A stretch of 64,000 nt of DNA from a virus, in the IMG/VR virus record IMGVR_UViG_3300025949_000016. One strand, given 5' to 3'. A program made the position numbers and the translations under genes. Positions 29,550-39,186 of the stretch are shown here, in pieces; the stretch's first letter is position 1, and each line of letters starts with the position of its first letter. The notes below the pieces were generated by a model. The model did not search any database. It worked only from the letters and a program-made list of their open reading frames with translations, and was not told where the DNA came from.

Positions 29550-29954
29550 ATGAATAAGTGTTGTTTTTATGGATCACTTAGAAAGGCTATGTATAATTAT
29601 ACTAAAATAATTAATAAGCATGGAGTAAATTCAATGAAATATATAAAGACTATAAAACTTCCTGGATTTACTTTATACGATACTAATTTAGGATACCCGA
29701 CCGCTATTAGATCTTTCGGTGATAATATAATAGTAGTAGATCTATTTGAATTAGATGATCATGCATTTGAATCCATAGAGTATATGGAAGTTAATGCAGG
29801 TTATGAAGAAGATTTTGTGAGTATTGACGACCAAACATATAGTATATTCTTATTTAGCTCCAATCAAATAGAAGAAAACTTTAAATTAATCACAAGTGGT
29901 GATTGGATAATGTACGTTAATAAATCAATCTTTATAAAACAATTAAATAATTAA
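29550..29954 (+). CDS. Gamma-glutamylcyclotransferase (AIG2/GGACT-like)
   Basis: FYGSLR, LY..GYP, E..GY, ITSGDW. Confidence 0.85.
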   Translation: MNKCCFYGSLRKAMYNYTKIINKHGVNSMKYIKTIKLPGFTLYDTNLGYPTAIRSFGDNIIVVDLFELDDHAFESIEYMEVNAGYEEDFVSIDDQTYSIFLFSSNQIEENFKLITSGDWIMYVNKSIFIKQLNN

Positions 29955-29957
29955 GAT

Positions 29958-30362
29958 ATGTTAATGCAATCTAAGAAAAAAGTTAAGAAAGTTAATTCTC
30001 AATTAAAACCTAAACCAACTCATTTTTATCTTAGAATATTTTCAAGGCATCCTAGTACAGAAAAGATTAGACATAAAATACTTGTTCCAAAAGTTAAAGC
30101 TGTTTATAGACATGGATCTACCACTGTATCTAATTTTGAATATGAAGTTAATAGTATTGACTGTATAAAGAATAGTGCTGATAAACTATTAATGAAAAAA
30201 TGCTTTGATAAAGCAGAAGTTCATCATGCTCCTTGGTTTCATATGAGTGAGATTGAATCTAAGAAGAAAGAGTTTGAAGAATTTCTAAAAAAGATTGATT
30301 TTGAAAAAGATAAAGAGTCTTTCTTAATTATTAAGAATCGTTGGGGATCTAGAGGAGTTGGT
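29958..30362 (+). CDS. ATP-grasp ligase, exon 1 (135 aa)
   Basis: SRHPS, RHGSTT, NSADKLLMK, IIKNRWGSRGVG glycine loop; ends at U30362. Confidence 0.85.
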
Positions 30363-31260
30363 GAAATATCTTTTGGTTAATTGAAAGATTTTTCGTATAT
30401 TGTTATATGGAAGAAAAAATAACAATATATGCATTGATTGATCCAATATCACTAAAAATTAGATATATTGGTAGAACAAAATGCTCCCTTAAAAAAAGAT
30501 TAAGAGAACATATAAGTAAAGCTAAAAATAATTATAACAATACTCATAAATCAAATTGGATTAAAAGTCTTTTAAGGATTAATCTAAAACCTTTTATAAG
30601 AAAACTAACTATTATAGATGGGTGGACAGAATCTCATAAATTTGAAAGATATTTAATTAATAAATATAAGCATAGGCTTTTGAATCACGATGATAGAGGT
30701 GAAGGTGAGATGTTTAGAGAAATTTCACTTGAGCAAAGAAAAAAAATTTCAAATACTTTAAAAGAATACTTTGAAATAAATAAAAATAATCTATCTTGGT
30801 GTAAGAAAGTATATGCATATTCTTATGATGGAGTGTTTATAAGTGAGCATCCATCAATAAGACAAGCAAGTAAGGATTTAAGAGTAAAGGAAAGAACTAT
30901 AAGAAATAGTTGTTATAATAAAACAAAATATCCAAAAATTGGTCATAAACAATTTAGCTTTATAAAAGTAGAATCAATGAAAAATTGGACAATAAAAACA
31001 GAGAGTTAATTGCCGTGTTATGTGGTAACACATAATATTATTATTGAGTAAAATCGGTGAATTCTGAGAAGAAAATACCGAGCTAATTTCTGAAAATAAA
31101 GAGTCAGAAACAGTGTAACGCATAGGAACTGAAACTAGAAATAGAATATAATGTTCCCAAGAGTGCTCGACATCCTAATGGGATGAAAATATATGCTGAG
31201 CTTACAAGAATTTGAATTGTAAGAACTAAAGGATAAAAAGCCTTTAGGATAACAAAACTG
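30363..31260 (+). mobile_element. Group I intron (898 nt) in the ATP-grasp gene
   Basis: 5' exon ends in U and intron ends in G; P1 AGTTGGT/GTTAATT with U-G at the splice site; core AAATCGGTGAA..AATACCGAG; P3 GAGTA/TGCTC; P7 GCATA/TATGC; P8 CATCC/GGATG; P9 hairpins; splicing restores the frame GSRGVG|NYLIK. Confidence 0.9.
30407..31009 (+). CDS. Intron-encoded GIY-YIG homing endonuclease with NUMOD-type C-terminal modules
   Basis: IYALIDP..RYIGRT..RLREH..E..LLN; SLEQRKKISNTLK; VYAYSYDG..SIRQASKDL. Confidence 0.88.
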   Translation: MEEKITIYALIDPISLKIRYIGRTKCSLKKRLREHISKAKNNYNNTHKSNWIKSLLRINLKPFIRKLTIIDGWTESHKFERYLINKYKHRLLNHDDRGEGEMFREISLEQRKKISNTLKEYFEINKNNLSWCKKVYAYSYDGVFISEHPSIRQASKDLRVKERTIRNSCYNKTKYPKIGHKQFSFIKVESMKNWTIKTES

Positions 31261-31734
31261 AACTATTTAATAAAAACAAAAGTAGATCTTGATAAATTCA
31301 TTAAAGATAAATCAAAGAGTCTTGAAAATTATATTATTGAAGAATATAAAAACTATAGCGTAGAATATAGGTTACATGTAAGTAGAGAAGGATGTTTCTA
31401 TGCTTGTAGAAAGGTTCTTAAAAAAGATACTCCTAAGGAAAATAGGTTTCAAAGACATGATGATAATTGCTCTTGGTTAGTAGAAACCAATCCAGGATTT
31501 AATAAGCCAGAAAACTGGAATGAAATAGTAGAAGACTGCAAGAAAGCAGTAGTTGCAATGGATGCTGATGTGTTAGCTTTTGATGTTAAGTGTACTTCTA
31601 TTAAGGATAAGAAGGATAAAAAGTGTAGATTTATTCTTATAGAAAGTTGCAGTGCAGCATCTTTTGGAGATAAAACTGCGGAAAAATACATTCAAGAGTT
31701 ACCTAAAATATTAAAATTAAAGTACGGACTATGA
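31261..31734 (+). CDS. ATP-grasp ligase, exon 2 (157 aa; not in track); spliced product 292 aa
   Basis: NYLIK..YIIEEY..EYRLHV..RK..FDVK..FILIESCSAASFG; TGA overlaps the next ATG. Confidence 0.85.
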   Translation, partial: NYLIKTKVDLDKFIKDKSKSLENYIIEEYKNYSVEYRLHVSREGCFYACRKVLKKDTPKENRFQRHDDNCSWLVETNPGFNKPENWNEIVEDCKKAVVAMDADVLAFDVKCTSIKDKKDKKCRFILIESCSAASFGDKTAEKYIQELPKILKLKYGL

Positions 31735-32420
31735 AAATTATAGATGAAGTAAGTTCAAAATATAACCTATTTGAGATAGGACATGGGCAAAGAGAGGTTC
31801 AATTTGCATTTATAGATGGAAAAACTGGTAAAACGATAACTCCATTCTGTAGATGCAAGGATTATTTTAATGATATGTTCTTTTCAAATAAGATAGGTAA
31901 GGAACTAAGTATTTATGGATTTCATTGGAAGCCTAATCAAGACGAAGGTATTTTAGATAGAAATACAATGACAGTGGCTGTTAGATTAAGGGATCAACAT
32001 ACTAAGAATATCTATGATCTTAAAGAAGAAGAGATACAATCGGTAAGAAAATTAATGCAACAAGTTTCTAATAAAGCAGGTCTTGGTAGAATAATTGTTA
32101 GAGTATGTGAAGAAAATAAGAATATTATCGTATACTTTAATAGAAAATGGGCAGATACTCCTTATCTAAATAGTGCATTTTTCTTCTTTATTAGACTTGG
32201 ATTTACGTATAAAAATGGAGAAGATATATTATCTTGGTATAATAAAGGAGAAAAATTCATATCTCCCAATGATCAATTCTATTTCAAACAAGGTTCTTCT
32301 AGAATAAAGGATATATTAGAAGGTAAACTTGACTTAAATCAGAAATATGAAATGTATACTAATGCTAATATTCATGGAGCATCTGGGTTAATTGGTTATA
32401 AAGATTATAAGGTAGCTTAA
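31731..32420 (+). CDS. Hypothetical protein in the ligase cluster
   Basis: 229 aa; QFAF..FCRCKDYFND..IYGF..W..PYL.S..IRLG..IH..SG. Confidence 0.65.
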   Translation: MKIIDEVSSKYNLFEIGHGQREVQFAFIDGKTGKTITPFCRCKDYFNDMFFSNKIGKELSIYGFHWKPNQDEGILDRNTMTVAVRLRDQHTKNIYDLKEEEIQSVRKLMQQVSNKAGLGRIIVRVCEENKNIIVYFNRKWADTPYLNSAFFFFIRLGFTYKNGEDILSWYNKGEKFISPNDQFYFKQGSSRIKDILEGKLDLNQKYEMYTNANIHGASGLIGYKDYKVA

Positions 32421-32442
32421 AAGAAATAAAAAAAATATAAAT

Positions 32443-34896
32443 ATGGAAGTAATATATTTAAAAGTTTTACTATATGTAGTTGGATTTCATAGTTTACTCT
32501 GGTGTTATTTAAAGCGAAGGGGACATAAATTCAGTTCATTAGGATGCGGAATAAGTGGATTTGTAGGCTCTAAGCCAGCTGATCCAAACCTTATTAGGAT
32601 CATTATGATGTTTAATGAAAGTAGAGGAGAAGATGGAACTGGATGGGCAGTCAACAATATCGTAGAAAAGGATACAGAGAAAGTAACTAAGTTCATTCAA
32701 TCTCATAGTCTAGATATAAGTCCAGAGGATGAAAATTTTACCATAGTCGCTCACGCTAGAAAATCAAGTTCCGGTACTAAAAATAATAAAGAATTGGTTC
32801 ATCCTTTCTCTATTTATGCTGATGGAGTAGAAAAAGATAAACCAGATCTCATATTAGCTATGAATGGAACTTTAACAAATACTCAATTAATGGCTACTAC
32901 ATTTGAAGTACCTTATAAAGAATTTACAAATTCTGATACTCAAATGTTAGCTAGAGCAATGGCTAAATTGGGAGAAAAAGATTATGTTAAGGCTATAGAA
33001 GGGTATGAAGGTACTGCCACTTTAGTGTTTTTTACTCCTAAACATCCTAATACATTACTGGTATATAGAGATCCGCAGCGGGCAATATACTATTGGCAGA
33101 AATCCGAAGATGAAATGTATATATCATCTATGGAAGAGCCTTTAGTAGCAGTTGGCGCTAATAAAAATGAAGTAATTGTATTTGAGAGTGAACATTTATA
33201 TAAAATTGTTAAAGGTAAAATAAAGGAAAAAAAGAAAATAGATAGAAATCCTCTTAAGTATAAATCTTTATATCAAACTAATAAGCAGCATCGTCATGCA
33301 AGAGATGGAATGTATTATGAAAATGAGTATGGCTATAGTGATTATGAAAATTGCCAGGTTCCTTTAATTGATATGAGGACTAGAGCAAAAAATATAAAAA
33401 GTCTTCATGCAGGAAAAGGAAATCTTGTTTATTGTTTACAAGATAAATACTATAGAAATGGTCATTTATGTAGCGGAATGCTTAAAATAAATGATAAAGG
33501 AGAAGTAAATGAAAGGTTAGAATCTAACGAATTTAAAAAATACTTCTTTATTAATGGTTATATGTGTAAAGATGAGCAAGCTTATGATAAATTAACGGAT
33601 AAGTGCTCAGATAAAAATGGAAGGTTTGATATTAAAAAGTTTAAAAGTTTTTATCTTTCCGAACTAGTTGAGTTTTTTAAATATCCAATAACAACTATTG
33701 TAAATGAAAAAGAAAGATGGATACTTAACTCAGAGTATTCTACAAAATGCCAAACAATAGGAGATAAAATGGATATTGATATATTTTTATCACCTAATAT
33801 TATTACGGTTAGATACGATGGAGAATTTACTGCCACTACTCTAAAAGATGTGGCTAATGTTGTATTAATTAAAGAAAGAGAACTTACAGTAAACCAAAGT
33901 TGTAAAAATTTAACAAATAAAACGGTTGATAAAATAAATAGTGAAGTTAATGAAACAATACAGCACACTGAATTAGTTAGAATAATAAAAACAGATACAA
34001 GAAAAACATTTAGATCTAATTACTTCTATACTTTATATAGAATAGACATAGCCAAATGTAACCCAAGTCCTGAAGTAAAAGTTCATTTCTTTTCGATTCT
34101 ATTAAAAGAATTAAGACATTTTAATGTAATAACAGAAGGGAGATATAATCAGTTACTTAATGAAGGTAGTAAAAATAAATTTGAAAGTCATGAATTAATA
34201 AAAGAGATAGATAAGTATATTGAACCTTTTTATAATAAATTAAATTATAAAAACGAAGATAAAATATCTAATATTCTATCTACAATAGATAAATTAAATT
34301 TATTAGATAATAGTGAAAGTAAAATTACAGAAGAAGATGTTATTAAAAGTATTCGTGATAATAATGAATTATTCAACAATAATAACTTTAATAATGATTT
34401 GTTAGATTATAGTGAGGAAACTTTCAGTAAATTTACTACAAATTGGGTTCCAATTGATACTATGGATCATATGTATCCTTTTGCGGAGGCAATATGTTTA
34501 TGTTTACATAAAATTGGATTTATTAATTTTAGTGAATTAGAAGACATTTTAAATAATAGTTATATAACTTTATTAAAAAGGACCGAGGCTTTATGGAATA
34601 ACTGGAGAGAACAATACAAAGAGACAAGTGATAAAGTATTAAAAAATGCAAAAAAAATAATTAGTGAAGAAATTATTGAAGAAGTATTTTCATCGGAAGA
34701 TCTTGAGAAAGAATGTAAAGATGAAATAAGCAATATTGTTGATTCTATAAAATCTTATATTCAACAAGTTGAGGTTCAAGATATTGAACTAAGAACTCCT
34801 TGGATTGAAGATTCATTGAATCATATGGAATCGACAATAGGTTATATAAAGAGATATTTATTAAAGGAAGAAAAACAAGAAAATGAAAAAGAATAA
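32443..34896 (+). CDS. Class II (Ntn) glutamine amidotransferase with hydrophobic N-terminal extension and long C-terminal region
   Basis: CGISG at residue 35, SRGEDGTG, HARKSS, HPF, MNGTLTN, NSDTQ. Confidence 0.85.
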   Translation: MEVIYLKVLLYVVGFHSLLWCYLKRRGHKFSSLGCGISGFVGSKPADPNLIRIIMMFNESRGEDGTGWAVNNIVEKDTEKVTKFIQSHSLDISPEDENFTIVAHARKSSSGTKNNKELVHPFSIYADGVEKDKPDLILAMNGTLTNTQLMATTFEVPYKEFTNSDTQMLARAMAKLGEKDYVKAIEGYEGTATLVFFTPKHPNTLLVYRDPQRAIYYWQKSEDEMYISSMEEPLVAVGANKNEVIVFESEHLYKIVKGKIKEKKKIDRNPLKYKSLYQTNKQHRHARDGMYYENEYGYSDYENCQVPLIDMRTRAKNIKSLHAGKGNLVYCLQDKYYRNGHLCSGMLKINDKGEVNERLESNEFKKYFFINGYMCKDEQAYDKLTDKCSDKNGRFDIKKFKSFYLSELVEFFKYPITTIVNEKERWILNSEYSTKCQTIGDKMDIDIFLSPNIITVRYDGEFTATTLKDVANVVLIKERELTVNQSCKNLTNKTVDKINSEVNETIQHTELVRIIKTDTRKTFRSNYFYTLYRIDIAKCNPSPEVKVHFFSILLKELRHFNVITEGRYNQLLNEGSKNKFESHELIKEIDKYIEPFYNKLNYKNEDKISNILSTIDKLNLLDNSESKITEEDVIKSIRDNNELFNNNNFNNDLLDYSEETFSKFTTNWVPIDTMDHMYPFAEAICLCLHKIGFINFSELEDILNNSYITLLKRTEALWNNWREQYKETSDKVLKNAKKIISEEIIEEVFSSEDLEKECKDEISNIVDSIKSYIQQVEVQDIELRTPWIEDSLNHMESTIGYIKRYLLKEEKQENEKE

Positions 34897-36466
34897 TAAA
34901 CTTGTAAAAGATTATAAAGGTAATCTTATTCCTAAAGCAAGTGCTAGAAAAATAGGAGAAAAGTATTATGAAGAAGGAAAGTCTTGTTTTTTAATGGAAG
35001 ATGGTCAGTGGTATAGAATAACATCTACAGAAAAGATAATATATGATCATTATAAAAAAGGTTATGTATTAGTTAATTCAACTAAACTATTAGATGGCAT
35101 TATTAATGAAAAAGGTGAATTAGGTAAGTTTAGTGAAAATGACTTCTATGTAACAGGTAGAAAAAAAGAAGGTAGGAAAACTGGAGTATATAATCTAATA
35201 CTTAATGAAAAAATAGCAGAAAAACTAGGATACATAGAATCTATCGGAGATGGATTCTTCTATCCTAAGGATGAAATTACAGAAGAAGATAAAAAAGGAT
35301 GGTTTAATAAAAAAACAATTCCTGCCACAGAAAGATCTAAGAGTTATAATCTAGAATCTGATCCTGAAAGAAAAAGACAATTGCAAGAATGCTATGATAA
35401 GTTAGATATTAAAATATCTCCTATAAGTAGGAAAATTGCAGGATGGATTGGGGATTATACATGGGGTATGGAAGCCGAGGTTATCAATGGTCATATACCA
35501 AGAAGAATAAGAACTATTTATGGAATTAAGGCTTTAAAGGATGGAAGCTTGAGACATGACGGAGGAGAAGGAATTGAATACGTTTCCATGCCAATGTCTG
35601 GACCTAAAGGAGTTGAAGTAATAAGAAAATTCTGTCAAGAATTATCCAGGAGATGTGAAGTTAATAATTTATGCTCTGTTCATTTTCATTTTGGAAATGT
35701 ACGTAAAGATAAGTTATATGTCATTGCTCTTTATAGAATAATTACTTTAATTCAAAACGAGCTTGTAAAGTATTTTCCATATTCTAGATTTAATTCTATA
35801 AGACCTGACGGTAAAGTTTATTGTAAACTATTAAATGATCTAGAAATAAATTATATAAGAATTCTTAAATGTGAGTCTGAAGAAAACTTTCATAAATTAG
35901 TTGTAGAGGAATTTAATAAGATTTACAAATGGTTAAATAATGGTAAAGGATTATCGGAATTAGTAGAAGAGCCTAAAGTAATAAGAGAAACAACTATTAT
36001 AAACGGAAAGAAAATGTTCTGTGATAAATGGTTAAAGAAGGTGTTTACTACTAAATCTGTTAATCATGCTATTAATGGTCAGAAATGGGACCGCGCCGAA
36101 AGATATTTCTTAGTTAATTTCCTTAATTTATTCTTTAGTAATATAGGAACTATAGAGTTTAGGCAAATGGAGGGAAGTACAAATTCTACTAAGGTTTTAA
36201 TTTGGTTTGTAACGTGTGCCTCTGTACTAAAATATGCTGAAGACATAAAAAGAGGGTTAAGTATTAAGAAACTAACATTAAAGGATATTCTTATAGATAA
36301 TATTGACGAAGAGTATGCCGATTATATAATGGAATATTTTAAGTTAAGAAATAAGCAATTCTTTAACGGAGATTCTTATAAAGGAAATTATAAATCAATC
36401 GAAAATGAATGGTTTAAAAATGATTCAGAGTTTAACTTTAAATTAGGTAATATAGAAATAAAATAA
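34883..36466 (+). CDS. Putative amidoligase (Amidoligase_2-type COOH-NH2 ligase)
   Basis: GMEAE, DGSL, EYVS, CSVHFHFG, RY..VN, TIEFRQ. Confidence 0.85.
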   Translation: MKKNNKLVKDYKGNLIPKASARKIGEKYYEEGKSCFLMEDGQWYRITSTEKIIYDHYKKGYVLVNSTKLLDGIINEKGELGKFSENDFYVTGRKKEGRKTGVYNLILNEKIAEKLGYIESIGDGFFYPKDEITEEDKKGWFNKKTIPATERSKSYNLESDPERKRQLQECYDKLDIKISPISRKIAGWIGDYTWGMEAEVINGHIPRRIRTIYGIKALKDGSLRHDGGEGIEYVSMPMSGPKGVEVIRKFCQELSRRCEVNNLCSVHFHFGNVRKDKLYVIALYRIITLIQNELVKYFPYSRFNSIRPDGKVYCKLLNDLEINYIRILKCESEENFHKLVVEEFNKIYKWLNNGKGLSELVEEPKVIRETTIINGKKMFCDKWLKKVFTTKSVNHAINGQKWDRAERYFLVNFLNLFFSNIGTIEFRQMEGSTNSTKVLIWFVTCASVLKYAEDIKRGLSIKKLTLKDILIDNIDEEYADYIMEYFKLRNKQFFNGDSYKGNYKSIENEWFKNDSEFNFKLGNIEIK

Positions 36467-36467
36467 A

Positions 36468-37124
36468 ATGAAAGATTATAAGTATTATGCATCTGCATGT
36501 AGTAGTAGTCATGGTAATTTTTTAGAGCCTCTTGGTTTTTCTTCAACAAATAATATTGAAGAAGCTGACGTAATTATATTTGGAGGTGGTGCAGATGTTG
36601 ATCCGAAGAATTATGGAGAAGAGAAAGGATCTAGAACATATGCTAATCCAAAAAGAGATAAAGAGGAAATAAGAGATTTCAAATTTGCTCAAAAAGTTGG
36701 AATTCCTTCTCTGGGAATCTGTAGAGGTCATCAATTCCTTTGTGCAATGGTAGGAGGTAAGCTAATTCAAGATGTAAGTAATCATGCTGGATCTGATCAT
36801 CAAATTTCTACATTTGATGGACTAACACTTACTACAAATAGTCTTCACCATCAAATGATAAACCCATATATCTTAAAGCCTAAGGAATATAAGATATTAG
36901 CATGGACTCCTAAAAGACTTTCTAATAGGTATTTTGGAGCAAAGGATAAATCAGTTTATCTTCCTTATGAATTTAAGGAAATTGAAGCAATATATTTCCC
37001 TACTATTAGAGCATTTAGTGTACAGTTTCACCCAGAAATGATGTTTAATCGTAGTGGAAAAAATGAAGCAGTTGTTACTTGGACGCAAAAAACATTTTTG
37101 CAATTTTTTGAAAATAAACTTTAA
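36468..37124 (+). CDS. Class I GATase / peptidase C26 (PuuD-like)
   Basis: GGGADVDP..YGE, GICRGHQ, NSLHHQ, QFHPE triad. Confidence 0.9.
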   Translation: MKDYKYYASACSSSHGNFLEPLGFSSTNNIEEADVIIFGGGADVDPKNYGEEKGSRTYANPKRDKEEIRDFKFAQKVGIPSLGICRGHQFLCAMVGGKLIQDVSNHAGSDHQISTFDGLTLTTNSLHHQMINPYILKPKEYKILAWTPKRLSNRYFGAKDKSVYLPYEFKEIEAIYFPTIRAFSVQFHPEMMFNRSGKNEAVVTWTQKTFLQFFENKL

Positions 37125-37135
37125 ATATAATTAAT

Positions 37136-37882
37136 ATGTACAGACCTAAGATAGGAATCGTTGGATGGTCAACAGGACCTAATTCGTTTGGTGCTACAAA
37201 ACCTTATTTACATCATTTATCTTTATTTGGAGACGTGATTATACTTCCTCCAACTAAAACTACATATGACTTTTTAGACTTAGTAGTCTTACCAGGCGGA
37301 GCAGATACATTACCAACTAGATATGGAATGGTTCCTGGATATTATAATAGTGATCCTGATCAATACAAAGAAGCTTTTATTGATCTTAACCTCCAAAACT
37401 ATATTAATGCAGGTATTCCAATTTGGGGTACTTGTTTGGGATTTCAACAATTAATAGTTTATTTCGGTGGGAAAATGATTCAAAATATAGTAGGTCATAG
37501 TCATAGTGACGTGGAAAAATATGGTAGAGGCCATGAAGTAAATGAGTTAACATTTGTTCCTAAGTACGAGCCATTTAGGGATAAAATGTTAAAGATAAGG
37601 CCAAGAGCACCCAAGAAAATAAAAGTATGTTCATTACATCATCAAGGCATTGAGTTTGATGAAGATAAGCCAAACTATGGTTTACCAGAGTGTTTAGATG
37701 TAATTGCATATAGTGAAGAACTAGTAGAGTTTTTTAGACATAAAGAACTTCCTATTGCAGGGGGTCAAAGTCACGTTGAAGAGGATTTTAACATGGTAGG
37801 AAACACATTAATCAAAGAACTATTATCCAGATCACCAAATAGAAAGAAATATGAATCAACTGTGGAAATCATTAAGAACTGA
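37136..37882 (+). CDS. Second class I GATase / peptidase C26
   Basis: PGGAD, GTCLGFQ, SLHHQ, QSHVE. Confidence 0.85.
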   Translation: MYRPKIGIVGWSTGPNSFGATKPYLHHLSLFGDVIILPPTKTTYDFLDLVVLPGGADTLPTRYGMVPGYYNSDPDQYKEAFIDLNLQNYINAGIPIWGTCLGFQQLIVYFGGKMIQNIVGHSHSDVEKYGRGHEVNELTFVPKYEPFRDKMLKIRPRAPKKIKVCSLHHQGIEFDEDKPNYGLPECLDVIAYSEELVEFFRHKELPIAGGQSHVEEDFNMVGNTLIKELLSRSPNRKKYESTVEIIKN

Positions 37883-38336
37883 TTTAAGTACTCTTCTTAA
37901 TGTAAAAGAAGATTCGTTCCTTATAAAAATTTATGAAAATTCTTCCAATGTATTTTTTACGCTGGAAGAATTTTTTAATCAATATAATCCTGAAGAATTA
38001 CAGAAAGGACAATGTAATTTAATGTTTAGAATAGATGCTGGAGGAAAATCAATAGCTACTTTTCAATTAAAAGACATGTATAATTGTAATGGCATAATTG
38101 TGGGTAGTGATTTATTAGTGATAAGAGCATTTAGAAATAAAGGATTAGGTACCTTACTTACTAAGTTTATGATGGAATTTAGTAAATATTACGGATATGG
38201 TGTTATTCAAGCGGCAGATTTAACCAGTAATGAATATCAAGTAAAGATATTTACTAAGCTTGGATGGGAAAAGAGTATTAATTTTAATAATCCAAAAACT
38301 GGTAATAATTTAACAATTTGGTTTAATAAATTTTAA
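37851..38336 (+). CDS. GNAT acetyltransferase, paralogue family B
   Basis: V..AFRNKGLGTLL acetyl-CoA motif; KLGW..FNNPKTGN. Confidence 0.8.
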   Translation: MNQLWKSLRTDLSTLLNVKEDSFLIKIYENSSNVFFTLEEFFNQYNPEELQKGQCNLMFRIDAGGKSIATFQLKDMYNCNGIIVGSDLLVIRAFRNKGLGTLLTKFMMEFSKYYGYGVIQAADLTSNEYQVKIFTKLGWEKSINFNNPKTGNNLTIWFNKF

Positions 38337-38341
38337 GTAAT

Positions 38342-39184
38342 ATGAAAACTATTGATAAAAGTAAAGTATTAGTTGGATCTGATTTTGAAATGTTCTTACA
38401 GAATAGTGAAGGAAAAATAATTTCAGCCATCCCATTTAATAGTGGTACTAAAGAAAACCCTGAGAAAATAGAAGGATATCCTGGATGCTGTATTCAACGT
38501 GATGGAATACTTCAGGAATGTAACGTACCTCCAGTAAGATTAGATGAATCTGATAACTTTATTGAGAATATAAAACTTGTAAAAGAATATATTTATAATA
38601 AGTTTGCACACAAATATGATCTAAAATTAGTTTGTTGCCCAACTGCTTGCTTGGAAGAAGATCAATTGCAACATGATGAGGCTCGACAAATTGGTTGTAG
38701 CGCAGATTATAATGCTTGGAAAGATGGAGAAGTAAATGAGAAACCTTCTTATGATGATAGCGGACTTAGATGCTGCGGTATGCATTTTCACCTTAGTTAT
38801 CCAGACGCCGATGTTGATACTTCTATAGATTTAATGAAACTCTTTGATCTTTTCTTAACCGTTCCATTTGTACTCTTAGACAAAGATAAAGATAGAAGAA
38901 AGCTATACGGTAAAGCAGGATCTTTTAGACTCTGTAACTGGGGAGAAGTGGGAGGATTTGAAGCTAGAACTTTATCTAATTACGTATTATCAGATTATGA
39001 ACTCATTGAATACGTTTTTAATCAATTAAATGAAATGTTTAATTATTATAATACTCATTCAATGGATGAAGTAAATGAAGTAGCTGATGATATTATTAAA
39101 GCTATTAATGAATCCAATGAAGAGCTAGCAGGAATAATTTGTGAGAAATTTGAAATACTTTTACTTTTACCTGAATTATATTAA
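38342..39184 (+). CDS. phiEco32-like COOH-NH2 ligase type 2
   Basis: VGSDFEMFL, GTKENP, DG..ECN, GCSADYNAW, RCCGMHFHLSY, RRKLYGKAGSFR, EARTLSN. Confidence 0.9.
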   Translation: MKTIDKSKVLVGSDFEMFLQNSEGKIISAIPFNSGTKENPEKIEGYPGCCIQRDGILQECNVPPVRLDESDNFIENIKLVKEYIYNKFAHKYDLKLVCCPTACLEEDQLQHDEARQIGCSADYNAWKDGEVNEKPSYDDSGLRCCGMHFHLSYPDADVDTSIDLMKLFDLFLTVPFVLLDKDKDRRKLYGKAGSFRLCNWGEVGGFEARTLSNYVLSDYELIEYVFNQLNEMFNYYNTHSMDEVNEVADDIIKAINESNEELAGIICEKFEILLLLPELY

Positions 39185-39186
39185 AT

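Noticed and set aside
29958-30380. 140-aa ORF read as a complete gene or pseudogene
   Set aside because: It is exon 1 plus five intron codons; splicing restores a full ATP-grasp frame
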